61,265 bases of DNA from an uncultured Gammaproteobacteria bacterium. GTDB lineage: Bacteria > Patescibacteriota > Microgenomatia > UBA8517. The notes beneath the pieces were generated by a model. It worked only from the letters and a program-made list of their open reading frames with translations, had not been told where the DNA came from and did not search any database. The stretch covers positions 1 to 61,265 of the forward strand of contig CAYRCU010000004.1 of the NCBI GenBank assembly GCA_964422865.1, given 5' to 3'. Positions 46,639-56,023 of this stretch are shown here, one piece after another; position 1 is the first letter of the stretch, and the number at the start of each line of letters is the position of its first letter. The position numbers and the translations under genes were made by a program.

Positions 46639-48631
46639 TTGATTGCTTTGTGAGATCTAGTGTTTGCACGATATCCCAAGTGTTTTCGTCCAGAGCGATT
46701 ATTTCATTTGAAGCAAGCAGGTAAAAATAGTTGCCGATGTAGAGTCCCCTCTTGATTTGGGAATTTGCGGCTGAATATTTTAGGGTAAGTGTGTTGTTCT
46801 CATATGAGAATATATATCCACCTTGGCTTGCCGGAATGAAAAATACTTTATGTTCGGGGTCTTGGAGAAATGCGTGATGGTTGTTTATGGACTCCGACCA
46901 GTATTCATTAAGTGTGTATTTACTTATTTCTTTGGGGTTGTTGGGTGAGCTGACATCAAAGAGAGAAAGCTTGACGCTTTGGTTTTCTTTTCCGATTCCC
47001 AAGATTAGGTTGTCGGTCAAAGGATGTAGGTAGGACGAGAAGCCCGGGATTTTTAGTTCTCCTGAAAGAATTGGATTTTTAGGGTCTGCCAGATTAAGGA
47101 CATAGAAAGGATCTGTTTCTTTGAAAGTTACGAGATATCCTTTATCTTTAATGAATCTTGTTGAATAGATTTTTTCTTTTAGACCTAAGTTAAGAAGAGA
47201 CCCTGCAACTTTAAGATTTTTGTCGAGGATGTAGATATCATTAGCCGAAGTAGTGGGAATTAGGGTTTGTGGTCCTCCTGAGGTGGTTGCGATTCTCAAG
47301 AAACCTTCATGCTCATCCAAGGAAAATTGGTTTAGGGGATGCCCCGGAACGCTTCCTATAACCGAGACCTCCATTTTTAAGGGGTCAACTTTTACTATTT
47401 CTGTGGTTTCAAGCTCTCTTATTTTGCTATTGAAGTATGTGGTTAATCGGTTTTGCAGTTCTGTTTCTACTCTTAATCTTTCATCTTTTGGGAGTGTGGC
47501 TTTGTAATTTGTCAGAAGGATTTCGATTTCCATAAGTTTGGTCTGCGGGCTTAAATCGTAATTTGCAAGCTTTTGGAGTTTTGTAATTATATTGATTGGC
47601 AGGAGGTCTTTGGCTTGGTTTTCCAGGAATGTTAGATATGTATCTGGTGTTGAGTTTTCGCGCGTGTAGGTAATGTAGAGAAAGTTTTCTGACATGTAGG
47701 TTACAGAGGAGCTTGTGGACCCGACAAATGAGATTTTGTTTTCGATTTGACCTGTTTGTGAATTGAGAGAGAAGGCGGTGTAGACGGTATTTGTGGGTGT
47801 GGAATATATGGGATGGTAGATTTCAGTACATTCTACATTAGTGGTCCGTCCGTTTTTTTCAACGAGAGGCATGGGACACGGGTGGGCTTGGTTGATGAGT
47901 GTCCTTGTAATGATATAAATCTTTTCGTTTTTTAGACGCGCTGTCTTAACAAAGCTTTCATCAAGATTAAGAGACCAAATCTCTTGGGGGTTTGTGGGAA
48001 TAGAGATGTTGTAGGCTGTGATGGAATCGTTTGAGAAAATTATCAGGACATCCCCGGCAAGTAGAAGGTTTCCGGATTTTTGAATTGTGGAATTTTGAGA
48101 AAGATCCTGGGGAGGGAATGCTTGAATGATTTTTGTAAGGGTTTTGATTTGAGGCTGAAAGGGCATTGTTTGTATATCTTTCTCGGGGATTTGACCGCGC
48201 AAGGTGGGGAGTGTTTGAAATGACGGTTCGTTTGAAAAATAGATTTTTGTACCGTCTGTTTTAACGATATCCGGTTCGTCAATGTTTTTTACTTGAACGT
48301 TTGTTTGTGAGTATCTTTCTTGCGAACTAACTGGTGTTTTTTGGGAGAGCTCGGCTGTGAGAAGGGAGGGTTGGTCTGTGAGAAAAGAGACTTTGTTGGT
48401 ATTGGCTGATTGGAGGTAACTTAGAAAATCTTCCCGAGAGGAGAACTTTTCAAGGTTTTTTGGAGAGGACGTGAATATTCCGTTTTTTTGAAATGGTATA
48501 AGATTTTTGTAGAAGAGTGCTGTCACAAGAGCGATTGAAAGCATCATAATGACAAGGATGAAAGTGATGGTTCTGTAGACAGCGGTCTTGTTTTTTTTGA
48601 CGTAGAGATGTTTGGTTTCTTGGGAGTCCAT
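46631..48631 (-). CDS. Membrane-anchored beta-propeller domain protein
   Basis: YSQTNVQV.NIDEPDIVKTDG, LNQFSLDE..G.LRIATT, TF..TDPFYV, GELKIPGFSSYLHP. Confidence 0.88.
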   Translation of the reverse strand: MDSQETKHLYVKKNKTAVYRTITFILVIMMLSIALVTALFYKNLIPFQKNGIFTSSPKNLEKFSSREDFLSYLQSANTNKVSFLTDQPSLLTAELSQKTPVSSQERYSQTNVQVKNIDEPDIVKTDGTKIYFSNEPSFQTLPTLRGQIPEKDIQTMPFQPQIKTLTKIIQAFPPQDLSQNSTIQKSGNLLLAGDVLIIFSNDSITAYNISIPTNPQEIWSLNLDESFVKTARLKNEKIYIITRTLINQAHPCPMPLVEKNGRTTNVECTEIYHPIYSTPTNTVYTAFSLNSQTGQIENKISFVGSTSSSVTYMSENFLYITYTRENSTPDTYLTFLENQAKDLLPINIITKLQKLANYDLSPQTKLMEIEILLTNYKATLPKDERLRVETELQNRLTTYFNSKIRELETTEIVKVDPLKMEVSVIGSVPGHPLNQFSLDEHEGFLRIATTSGGPQTLIPTTSANDIYILDKNLKVAGSLLNLGLKEKIYSTRFIKDKGYLVTFKETDPFYVLNLADPKNPILSGELKIPGFSSYLHPLTDNLILGIGKENQSVKLSLFDVSSPNNPKEISKYTLNEYWSESINNHHAFLQDPEHKVFFIPASQGGYIFSYENNTLTLKYSAANSQIKRGLYIGNYFYLLASNEIIALDENTWDIVQTLDLTKQSNE

Positions 48632-48826
48632 TTATTTTTGCGGCATTATGAAACTAGCTCCGATGTATACCAATAGTCCCGGGATAAAGCCTGTGATGGA
48701 AAAAACCAGAAGCAGGGCGATTCTGAGAATTGTCGGGTCTATGTTGTAGTAGTCCCCCACTCCGCCGATGACGCCGGCTATAATTTTATTTTTTGATTTT
48801 TTGAGACGTCTTTTTTTTGTTGCCAT
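48632..48826 (-). CDS. PspC domain protein
   Basis: L.KS..NKIIAGVIGG...YYNIDPTILRI...YI....IMP. Confidence 0.9.
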   Translation of the reverse strand: MATKKRRLKKSKNKIIAGVIGGVGDYYNIDPTILRIALLLVFSITGFIPGLLVYIGASFIMPQK

Positions 48827-48860
48827 CTAGAAAACAGTATCCGGTATTTTCAGCTTGATA

Positions 48861-49211
48861 TCAAGTGCCGGAGGCACTTTTGGTTTGTGGGGGGTAAAGG
48901 CGCATTAGTTGAATACCAAGGCTTGCTATTTTATATCCGATGCTTGCCATAAAGCCCATCAAAAAAAGCTGAGACATAAGATTTAGCGGCTTGTTGAGCA
49001 TGTCTGCTGAGAACAGTTCGAGTTGTGGATTTTGGTTTGACGGAAGCTCGACTCCCGTAATGTCTGAGGCGCTCATTGAGACACTATTGAAGTTAAAAAT
49101 TTGGAGCGGCTGTTTGGAGAGTATAAAGACCTGATAAATATTTAGGGCGGAGGCTACTATAATGACAAGACCTAGAATTAAGAGAATGTAGCCGATGAAT
49201 TTTTCTGGCAT
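48861..49211 (-). CDS. Small two-TM membrane protein
   Basis: Two hydrophobic helices; start ATG 49211 avoids overlap with upstream gene. Confidence 0.7.
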   Translation of the reverse strand: MPEKFIGYILLILGLVIIVASALNIYQVFILSKQPLQIFNFNSVSMSASDITGVELPSNQNPQLELFSADMLNKPLNLMSQLFLMGFMASIGYKIASLGIQLMRLYPPQTKSASGT

Positions 49212-49227
49212 CTTTTGGATAATCTTA

Positions 49228-50061
49228 CTATAAAATGTATATGTCTTGGTAGGAGCTTGTTGAGACCTTTTCTCCTTTCCCTTTAAGAATTGCTTCGTAT
49301 GGGAGGCAGTGAGTGCAACCATTGTCTCCTTTGGGACACTTGAAATGTTCCAAGGACCTAGCAAGTTTTATTCTTTTTCCGATTGTAAGTAGTTTTTTAT
49401 GAGCGGTTGAAAGGTCGGGGAGGCTTACTTTGGTGGGGGCGTTTTTTAACTCGAGATACCAAAAGCTTGCTTTTGAAACGGGACGGCTTTGTGTGTTTGT
49501 GGCAAGAAGATGGTAAATGAGGAGCTGGAGTGAGTTTTTCTCCTCTTCTTTGCGGCGGTTGGTTTTAAAGTCTATGATGTGGACCGAGTCGGAGTTTTCA
49601 ATGTATTCCAGCCAGTCGATTTTTCCACAGAGGATTATTTCTTCATCACTGCTTAACCAGTAATTTGGAAGATTTAGATCCGCTTTGATTTTTATTGCTT
49701 TTTTTAGGATGGGTCCCGGGTTTTTCTCGATTTTTTTGAGCATTTGGACTCCTCTTTCTTTGTACTCGTCCTCTTGGCTTTTTGATTTGAATCCGCCCTT
49801 TTTGCCTGCTACTTTTTCCCAAGATTTCTCGAACCTTTTTAGGAGGGGTGTTTTGAGGCGTTCTTCAACGGGCAGGGTTGATAAGGATTCGATAGTATCG
49901 TGGACGGCTTGGCCCAATGCCAGGGGAGGAGAGATAATTGATATTTTTTGCCTCGTTAGGGGGTCTTTGTAGACGGCGCGAAGATAATATAGTCTGGGGC
50001 ATTTTAGGAAATCTGAGATACTTGAGTGGCTTATCCAAGTAGCTTTGTAGGGATCCGGCAT
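49228..50061 (-). CDS. PD-(D/E)XK nuclease (RecB/AddB-like)
   Basis: S.SSISDF..CPR.YY, G..VH..IE, GKID, IIDFKT, QL.IY, C-terminal cysteines. Confidence 0.88.
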   Translation of the reverse strand: MPDPYKATWISHSSISDFLKCPRLYYLRAVYKDPLTRQKISIISPPLALGQAVHDTIESLSTLPVEERLKTPLLKRFEKSWEKVAGKKGGFKSKSQEDEYKERGVQMLKKIEKNPGPILKKAIKIKADLNLPNYWLSSDEEIILCGKIDWLEYIENSDSVHIIDFKTNRRKEEEKNSLQLLIYHLLATNTQSRPVSKASFWYLELKNAPTKVSLPDLSTAHKKLLTIGKRIKLARSLEHFKCPKGDNGCTHCLPYEAILKGKGEKVSTSSYQDIYIL

Positions 50062-50145
50062 TTAGTTATTTTACCATTTTTAACCTTTGAGGAGGGAATT
50101 TTAGTTGGAATTGGGGGTTGGGCCTTCTTTTCAGGTGTCATGGTT

Positions 50146-51486
50146 TTATAGATCGAATTCCTGGTTCATACTTGGTGTGAAAGCTTCGGGGATGTGGAGT
50201 TCTTTTTTGAGTTTTTGGGCGAGAGGGATTCTTTGATTGTTTTCTCCGTGGACGAGAAAAACTTTTTTTATTCCTTTTATATTTTTAATCCAACCGATGA
50301 GTCTTTTTTGATCTGCATGCGAAGAAAGTGAATGGATTTCTGAGATTTGTGCGTTCACTTTTATTTTTTTGTCATCTATTACAATTTCTTTTGCCCCTTC
50401 TTGGATTTCGCGTCCCAAGGTTTCTTCAGCCTGATATCCGACGATTAATAATCTTGTGTCTTTTCTTGAGAGAAATTCCATGGCGTGGCTTAGAATTCTT
50501 CCTCCTGTCATCATCCCTGATCCGGCAATTATCACTTTGGGTCTTCGATTTTTTTTGATTGCTTTGCTTTTGCGTGAATTTCTTATGATGTTTAGCTCGG
50601 GAAAGAAAAACGGGTCTTTGTGAGTGGGCTTGTGGAGGACTTCTTTGTTAAAGAGGTGACAGTAATCGCGGTATGCTTTGGTGGCGCGAATGGCCATTGG
50701 ACTATCAAAATAAATAGGTGTTGTGTTTTTTACTTTCTTTTCTTTTTTTAAATTTTTGATCATGTAGAGAAGCACTTGGGAGCGCTCGATTGAGAAGGCC
50801 GGGATGAGGAGTGTTCCTCCGTTTCTTTCAATTTTGTTTATCTCTTGAGCTAAAAGAAGATCCGGGTTTTCCGGAGGGTGGTTGCGGTTTCCGTATGTGG
50901 ATTCCATGACGACAAAATCCCCGCTTTTGGCGAATTCGGTGGGTTTCATTAGCCGCTCCGGATAGTTTCCGATATCTCCGGAGAAAATGATTTTTTCGTT
51001 TGTTTTAGTGTTTTTTATTTCAATAAAAGAGGAGCCCAGGATGTGGCCTGCGTCTCGGAAGGTTATTTCTAAATCATCTACCCTGAAGGGCTTTCTGTAT
51101 GAGATGGGTTTAATTTTATTTAGTGTATCTACGACATTATCCTCCGAATATATGGGTTCGTTTTCTTCGTCGAATGAGGCGATTTTTGCGGAGTCGAACA
51201 TGACGATTTCTGCAAGAACGGAGGTTGCCTTTGTCATATAGAGTGTGCCCTTGAAGCCAAGCTTTGTTAAAAGCGGAAGGCGGCCGCAGTGGTCCAGGTG
51301 AGCGTGGGTAAGAAAGATTGCCGATACTTCTTCCGGCTTGAATTCCAAAGGAAGCCTGTTTAGTTTTTGTGTTTCTTCGGGGCCTTGAAACATCCCAAAG
51401 TCTATTATGTATTTTTTGTTTTCAACGGTAAGGAGGTATCCGGAGCCTGTTACAGTTCCCGCCGCACCTAAAAATTTAATTTTCAT
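50146..51486 (-). CDS. MBL-fold beta-CASP ribonuclease
   Basis: GAAGTVTGS, THAHLDHCG, AGHILGS, SGD, ESTYG, SSHAD, VHGE. Confidence 0.93.
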   Translation of the reverse strand: MKIKFLGAAGTVTGSGYLLTVENKKYIIDFGMFQGPEETQKLNRLPLEFKPEEVSAIFLTHAHLDHCGRLPLLTKLGFKGTLYMTKATSVLAEIVMFDSAKIASFDEENEPIYSEDNVVDTLNKIKPISYRKPFRVDDLEITFRDAGHILGSSFIEIKNTKTNEKIIFSGDIGNYPERLMKPTEFAKSGDFVVMESTYGNRNHPPENPDLLLAQEINKIERNGGTLLIPAFSIERSQVLLYMIKNLKKEKKVKNTTPIYFDSPMAIRATKAYRDYCHLFNKEVLHKPTHKDPFFFPELNIIRNSRKSKAIKKNRRPKVIIAGSGMMTGGRILSHAMEFLSRKDTRLLIVGYQAEETLGREIQEGAKEIVIDDKKIKVNAQISEIHSLSSHADQKRLIGWIKNIKGIKKVFLVHGENNQRIPLAQKLKKELHIPEAFTPSMNQEFDL

Positions 51487-51592
51487 TGTTCCAAGTATAT
51501 TATCATAAGGAGGAGGGCAATCCGGTGTTTCTTTGGGTACCCTCCCCCTTGTTTATGCTACTTTCCTCCTCTCCTGTTCGTTATTTATTTCT

Positions 51593-51835
51593 CTAAGGAA
51601 GATGAAAACCGTTTTCTTTAGCTTTATCCCAGAAAGGCTCCAAGCCTCCTGGGAATATTTTTGTAATTTGGATGAGAACTTTTCCTGCTGGCACGTAGGC
51701 CGGTTGGCCATTGCGGTCTGTATATGTTTGGCCAGACTTGGCCAAGGTTTTCACTTTTACATCTACAAAGCTTTTTGCTGTTCTTTGTAGATTTGGAAGG
51801 TCCTCCTCGTGAACAATCATGAGAACTTTTATCAT
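51593..51835 (-). CDS. Small hypothetical protein
   Basis: SD AAGGAGAGG and TATAAT upstream; fills intergenic gap. Confidence 0.55.
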   Translation of the reverse strand: MIKVLMIVHEEDLPNLQRTAKSFVDVKVKTLAKSGQTYTDRNGQPAYVPAGKVLIQITKIFPGGLEPFWDKAKENGFHLP

Positions 51836-51884
51836 CTTCCTCTCCTTTAAGGAATATGGAAAGCGAGGCTGGTATTATACCATA

Positions 51885-52622
51885 TTATAGGTTGGTTTTG
51901 AAGTGGAGGTTTTCAAGTCTATTTATGGCTGTTTTCAGGTATTTTTCTTCTTTTTCTATACCTGTTAATTTTCGATTGTAATAATTGGCTACGACTGCGG
52001 TTGTTCCTGATCCTAAAAAGGGGTCCAGAATATTATCTTCTTTTTTTGTTGAGGTGAGAATTATTCTTTGCAGGAGTTTTGTAGGCTTTTGTGTCGGGTG
52101 GCGGGTAAATTTTGTTTCTTCTTTTTTTGGGGGGGAGATGTACCAGATGGAGTCCAGCCATTTTTTTGTTTTGGCGAGATTGTGGTTGAAGTAATGTTTG
52201 GTACTTTTTTTCTTTACCCAGAGAATGGTTTCATGAGAATGTGCGAATTGTCTTTTTGTGAGAGAAGGAATATTTTTGTTTTTATGCCAGGCTATTTCGT
52301 TTATTATTTCAAAGCCCTCTTTTGTCAGCAGATGGCCGATTGTGTGGATTGAATGGAAAGTTCCTGTTATCCACATGGTTCCTGCGGGTTTTAGGAGTTT
52401 TTTACAGTGGGTGATCCAGGATTTGTGGAATTTTGTTTTTTGTTCCAGTGTTTCCAAATTGTCCCAATCCCCTTTTCCTTTTGTTATCCCTTTTCCTGAA
52501 AGAAAGTATGGCGGATCTACAAATATCATGTTGAAATTTTCTTTTTCTAATTCCTTTATTATTTTAAGAGAATTTCCTTTGTAAAGTGTTATGTTTTGTT
52601 TTTTGTAATATGGTTTTGTCAT
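51885..52622 (-). CDS. Solitary N6A/N4C DNA methyltransferase (beta class, DpnA-like)
   Basis: DPPY first, then HPTQKP and LDPFLGSGTT; KGDWD and WITGTFHSI resemble DpnA-type enzymes. Confidence 0.9.
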   Translation of the reverse strand: MTKPYYKKQNITLYKGNSLKIIKELEKENFNMIFVDPPYFLSGKGITKGKGDWDNLETLEQKTKFHKSWITHCKKLLKPAGTMWITGTFHSIHTIGHLLTKEGFEIINEIAWHKNKNIPSLTKRQFAHSHETILWVKKKSTKHYFNHNLAKTKKWLDSIWYISPPKKEETKFTRHPTQKPTKLLQRIILTSTKKEDNILDPFLGSGTTAVVANYYNRKLTGIEKEEKYLKTAINRLENLHFKTNL

Positions 52623-52672
52623 ATCTGGTGTGCCTGTAAAGTATATAGGTGAGGAAATAAAAGTGAAATAAT

Positions 52673-52710
52673 TTTGTCACTTTGTGATGTTTGTCACTTT
52701 GTGATAGAAT
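52673..52710 (+). promoter_or_regulatory. Tandem 16-bp repeat/operator overlapping promoter TTGTGA-17-TAGAAT
   Basis: TTTGTCACTTTGTGAT at 52673-52688 and 52690-52705. Confidence 0.65.
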
Positions 52711-52717
52711 CGTCTTT

Positions 52718-53344
52718 ATGCTGAGGTTTTTGAAATTGAAATCTTTGGGTGGGGCTTTGGGTTTGGTTCAAAAAAGGAAGAAGTTTTTCTACGGAGCTGG
52801 TGTTTTGGGGCTTCTGGCAGTGCTTTATTTTTATAAATCTATTTTTGTTGCGGCAGTGGTTAATGGCTATCCGATTACGAGGATTGAGCTAATGCGGGAG
52901 CTTGAAAAGCAGGCCGGCAGGGAAGCTTTGGATACGGTTGTTTCCAAAAGACTTGTGGAGCAGGAAGCTAAAAAGAAAATGATTAAGGTTACGAGCTCTG
53001 ATGTTGATTTGGAGATAGAGAAAATCAAGGCACAGCTGGCATCACAAGGTCAAGAGTTGGATACGGTTCTTGCTCTTCAAGGGATTGATCCTTCTGAGCT
53101 TGAGGACAGAATTAGGTTTCAGCTTATTTTAACCAAGCTTGTGGGGGATGTTAGTGTCAGCGGTGAGGAAGTTGATAGTTATCTGGAGGAAAACAGGGAG
53201 TTTTTGGGTGAAGATGCGGATAGCCGGGAAGGCAGGGCGGCTGTTGAAGAGCAGCTTGCGGCTCAGAAACAGGGCCAATTGATTCAAGAACTTCTTGAGA
53301 GGCTTCAAGAGGAAGCTAAGATAAATTATTTTTTAAGTTTTTAA
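52718..53344 (+). CDS. SurA-N/PrsA-like membrane-anchored chaperone (no PPIase domain)
   Basis: AAVVNG.PIT..EL, L..QEA....I.V...DVD, L.E.AKI. Confidence 0.8.
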   Translation: MLRFLKLKSLGGALGLVQKRKKFFYGAGVLGLLAVLYFYKSIFVAAVVNGYPITRIELMRELEKQAGREALDTVVSKRLVEQEAKKKMIKVTSSDVDLEIEKIKAQLASQGQELDTVLALQGIDPSELEDRIRFQLILTKLVGDVSVSGEEVDSYLEENREFLGEDADSREGRAAVEEQLAAQKQGQLIQELLERLQEEAKINYFLSF

Positions 53345-53359
53345 TACTAAAATAACCTC

Positions 53360-54148
53360 GTGCGAAAGCTTTTTGCCGCATTGTTGATAGGGTTCTTGGC
53401 TATTGGTGGGATGTACCTGTACGGTTTTTTTGACGGGAGAATGCGGCCGGCTGATGGAGAGTCAGAGATTGTATTGGGAGTTGTTGAGGAAAATGTGTTG
53501 GAGTTTACTCAAGTTGGTGATCATTCTGTTGCTTGGGTGGAGGTACTTGATAATGACAGGCTCTCAATGCGGCCCAATTTTAATAAGAAGCGAGTGGCCA
53601 GTGAAATATTTGAAAATGAAGAGTGTAAGTTTTTAATTAATGGCGGATTTTACTTAAGAGGAGGAAATGGTTTGTCCGCACCTACGGGGTTATTTATTTA
53701 TGAAGGAAGAAGAGTAGAGGATTTTATTAAGAATGATACTTTGAATGGTGTGTTGAGCGTTAATCAATTTGGGGTGGTCAGGATTACCAGAGAGGTGCCC
53801 AGGGGAGATCTTAGGTGGGCGCTTCAAACGGGCCCGGTGCTTATAGAGAACGGTTTTTTGCAGCCTATTTCCATGGTAAAAGACAAGAAGGCAAGACGTG
53901 TGGTGGCTATTGTTACGGGAGAAAACGAATTGTATTTTGCGATCTTTTATAACAAAGATTCCGTGTATGATGGACCTGGTTTGGAGGAGCTACCAAATCT
54001 TCTAATGAAATTTGCAGAGAATGTTGGGATCAATATTGCGGATTCTGTTAACCTTGACGGGGGTAGTGCAAGTGTGTTTGTGTCAAATGACTTTCGCTTG
54101 ATTGAGCTCTCCCCTATCGGGAGCTATTTTTGTTATGAGGAGGATTAA
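53360..54148 (+). CDS. Phosphodiester glycosidase (NAGPA) family protein
   Basis: INGGFY, QTGPVL..NG, NLDGGSAS; N-terminal TM. Confidence 0.8.
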   Translation: MRKLFAALLIGFLAIGGMYLYGFFDGRMRPADGESEIVLGVVEENVLEFTQVGDHSVAWVEVLDNDRLSMRPNFNKKRVASEIFENEECKFLINGGFYLRGGNGLSAPTGLFIYEGRRVEDFIKNDTLNGVLSVNQFGVVRITREVPRGDLRWALQTGPVLIENGFLQPISMVKDKKARRVVAIVTGENELYFAIFYNKDSVYDGPGLEELPNLLMKFAENVGINIADSVNLDGGSASVFVSNDFRLIELSPIGSYFCYEED

Positions 54149-55397
54149 GACTAAGTACAGTGAATTTAAGGTGAATGGAGTTAAAGTGGCGATTTATCCC
54201 ATGAAGAGTGTGCGATCTGTTGTGATACGTGCTTGTGTTCGTGCCGGATCCTGGTATGAGAAGGGTCCGCGGTGGGGAGCTTTGCATTTGTTGGAACATT
54301 TGATGCTTGACGGGTCGGCTAATATACCCACTGAGCTTGAAGTGGAAAAATACAAGGAGAGACATGGAATATCCAACAACGCTTCGACATCTGGATCAAA
54401 GATTGAGTTTTGGTATAAGTTTCCATACGACAAGCTTGAGGAAGGTATGAAACTTTTTGAGGAGATGGTCTTTAGACCGCTTATAAAAAGAGACGATTTA
54501 GCTCGAGAGATAAAAGTTATAGAGCAGGAATATGTGGATAAGTGGAGCGATCCGTATAACAGGTTTTTTAAGGCTGTGCGTGAGCATATGGTTGGTACTG
54601 GTAATCCTTATGCTCGTGATGGAATTGGGCAACCTGAATATCTCAAGAGTTTTACGAGAAGGAGACTTGTTGAAGCGCATAGAAGATTTTTTGTTCCCGA
54701 CAATATGTGCATTGCTGTTGCAGGAAGGGTTAATGAAGAGGGTGTGAGGAATAAGCTGGAGAGAATTCTTTCTGGATTTGAGCGAGGAAGGGAAATGGAG
54801 GGGAAATTTGGCGCGGTGAGAACGAAGAAAGGAACATTGTGGCACAAGGAAGATTTGGATCAAGTTGTGTTGAGTGTTATTTGGAAATTGCCGGGTGCAA
54901 AGAAGATGTCTTTGAAGGAGAGGTATGCCCTGAATCAAGTGCGGTATATTCTTGGTGGCTCAGCAAGATCCCGTCTTTTTCGCGAATTGAGGATGAGAGA
55001 CGGCTTGGTGTATAAGACCGGGGCTTCCCTTTTTAGTTTTCCGACGTATGGTGAATTTGAGATTTGGTCCTCGACAAACGGAAAGAATTATAAACGGACT
55101 TACGAAAAAATGAGAAAGATTATTGATGAGTTTGCCGGGAGCTTGAATAGGAGTGAGTTTGAAAGCGCTATGGGTTTTCTTAATATGGGGACTTTTTTGC
55201 GCTTTGATTCTGTTGGGAGTATCTCGGGGGAGATAGCAAGTGACTTGTTTTATGAAGGAAGGTTTTATCCTCCTGAGGAGAGAGTTGATATTGGCAGCAG
55301 CGTTACTTTGGAGTATTTGAAAAGAGTGTATAAAAAATATCTGGCTGGCGGGGATTTTCGTGTTTGTGTTATGGCTCGAGAGAAACTGCTAATTTAG
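54135..55397 (+). CDS. M16 family zinc peptidase
   Basis: AGS..E, HLLEH inverted zincin, NAST, SRLFRELR...GLVY. Confidence 0.92.
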   Translation: MRRIKTKYSEFKVNGVKVAIYPMKSVRSVVIRACVRAGSWYEKGPRWGALHLLEHLMLDGSANIPTELEVEKYKERHGISNNASTSGSKIEFWYKFPYDKLEEGMKLFEEMVFRPLIKRDDLAREIKVIEQEYVDKWSDPYNRFFKAVREHMVGTGNPYARDGIGQPEYLKSFTRRRLVEAHRRFFVPDNMCIAVAGRVNEEGVRNKLERILSGFERGREMEGKFGAVRTKKGTLWHKEDLDQVVLSVIWKLPGAKKMSLKERYALNQVRYILGGSARSRLFRELRMRDGLVYKTGASLFSFPTYGEFEIWSSTNGKNYKRTYEKMRKIIDEFAGSLNRSEFESAMGFLNMGTFLRFDSVGSISGEIASDLFYEGRFYPPEERVDIGSSVTLEYLKRVYKKYLAGGDFRVCVMAREKLLI

Positions 55398-56018
55398 ATT
55401 GTGTTTTTTTCTTTCTTTGGCGACTGTTGAGAGTTCTCCGTGCCCCGGGTAAATTATTGTGTTTTTTGGGAGTGAGAGGATTTTGTTTACGGATTTAAGG
55501 AGTAATTTTTTGTCTGCGTAGGGAAAATCCCAGCGGCCTATTGCGCCATTTGCGAAGATTGTGTCCCCTGAAAAGACTACTCCTTTGTCTTTTTGGTAAA
55601 GCGATATGCTTCCGGGGGTGTGTCCGGGTGTGGAGATGACTTTCAGTTTGCGATCTGCAATTTTTAGTTTTTTGCCATTTGTTAAAAATTTGTCCGGTAT
55701 GGGAGGAGGGCCGGGATCAAAACCGGTAAAGTGAACTGCACTTTTTCTCATCCACGACAAGAGAGGCACGTCTTTTTTATTGCAAAGAAAGGGAATATTG
55801 AATGCGAGTTTTAGTTCGTTTACTGCCATGACGTGATCGAAGTGGCAGTGAGTAGCTATTATTTGTGTGGGGGTTATTTCAAGATCGGAGATCTTTTGAA
55901 TAAGAAAATCCGCTTCGTCGCCGGGGTCAAGGATAATTCCTTCATTTGTGTTTGTATCTGTGATTATATAGCAATTGGTTTTAAGCTGTCCTACTTCAAG
56001 AGTGGTGGTTTCAAGCAT
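55389..56018 (-). CDS. MBL-fold hydrolase (glyoxalase II-like)
   Basis: TNCY, DPG, THCHFDH, TPGHTPG, SGDTIF, YPGHG. Confidence 0.92.
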   Translation of the reverse strand: MLETTTLEVGQLKTNCYIITDTNTNEGIILDPGDEADFLIQKISDLEITPTQIIATHCHFDHVMAVNELKLAFNIPFLCNKKDVPLLSWMRKSAVHFTGFDPGPPPIPDKFLTNGKKLKIADRKLKVISTPGHTPGSISLYQKDKGVVFSGDTIFANGAIGRWDFPYADKKLLLKSVNKILSLPKNTIIYPGHGELSTVAKERKKHNLN

Positions 56019-56023
56019 GTTTA

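Noticed and set aside
49228-50061. Cas4 / CRISPR adaptation gene
   Set aside because: No cas1, cas2 or array nearby; generic RecB-like nuclease motifs suffice.
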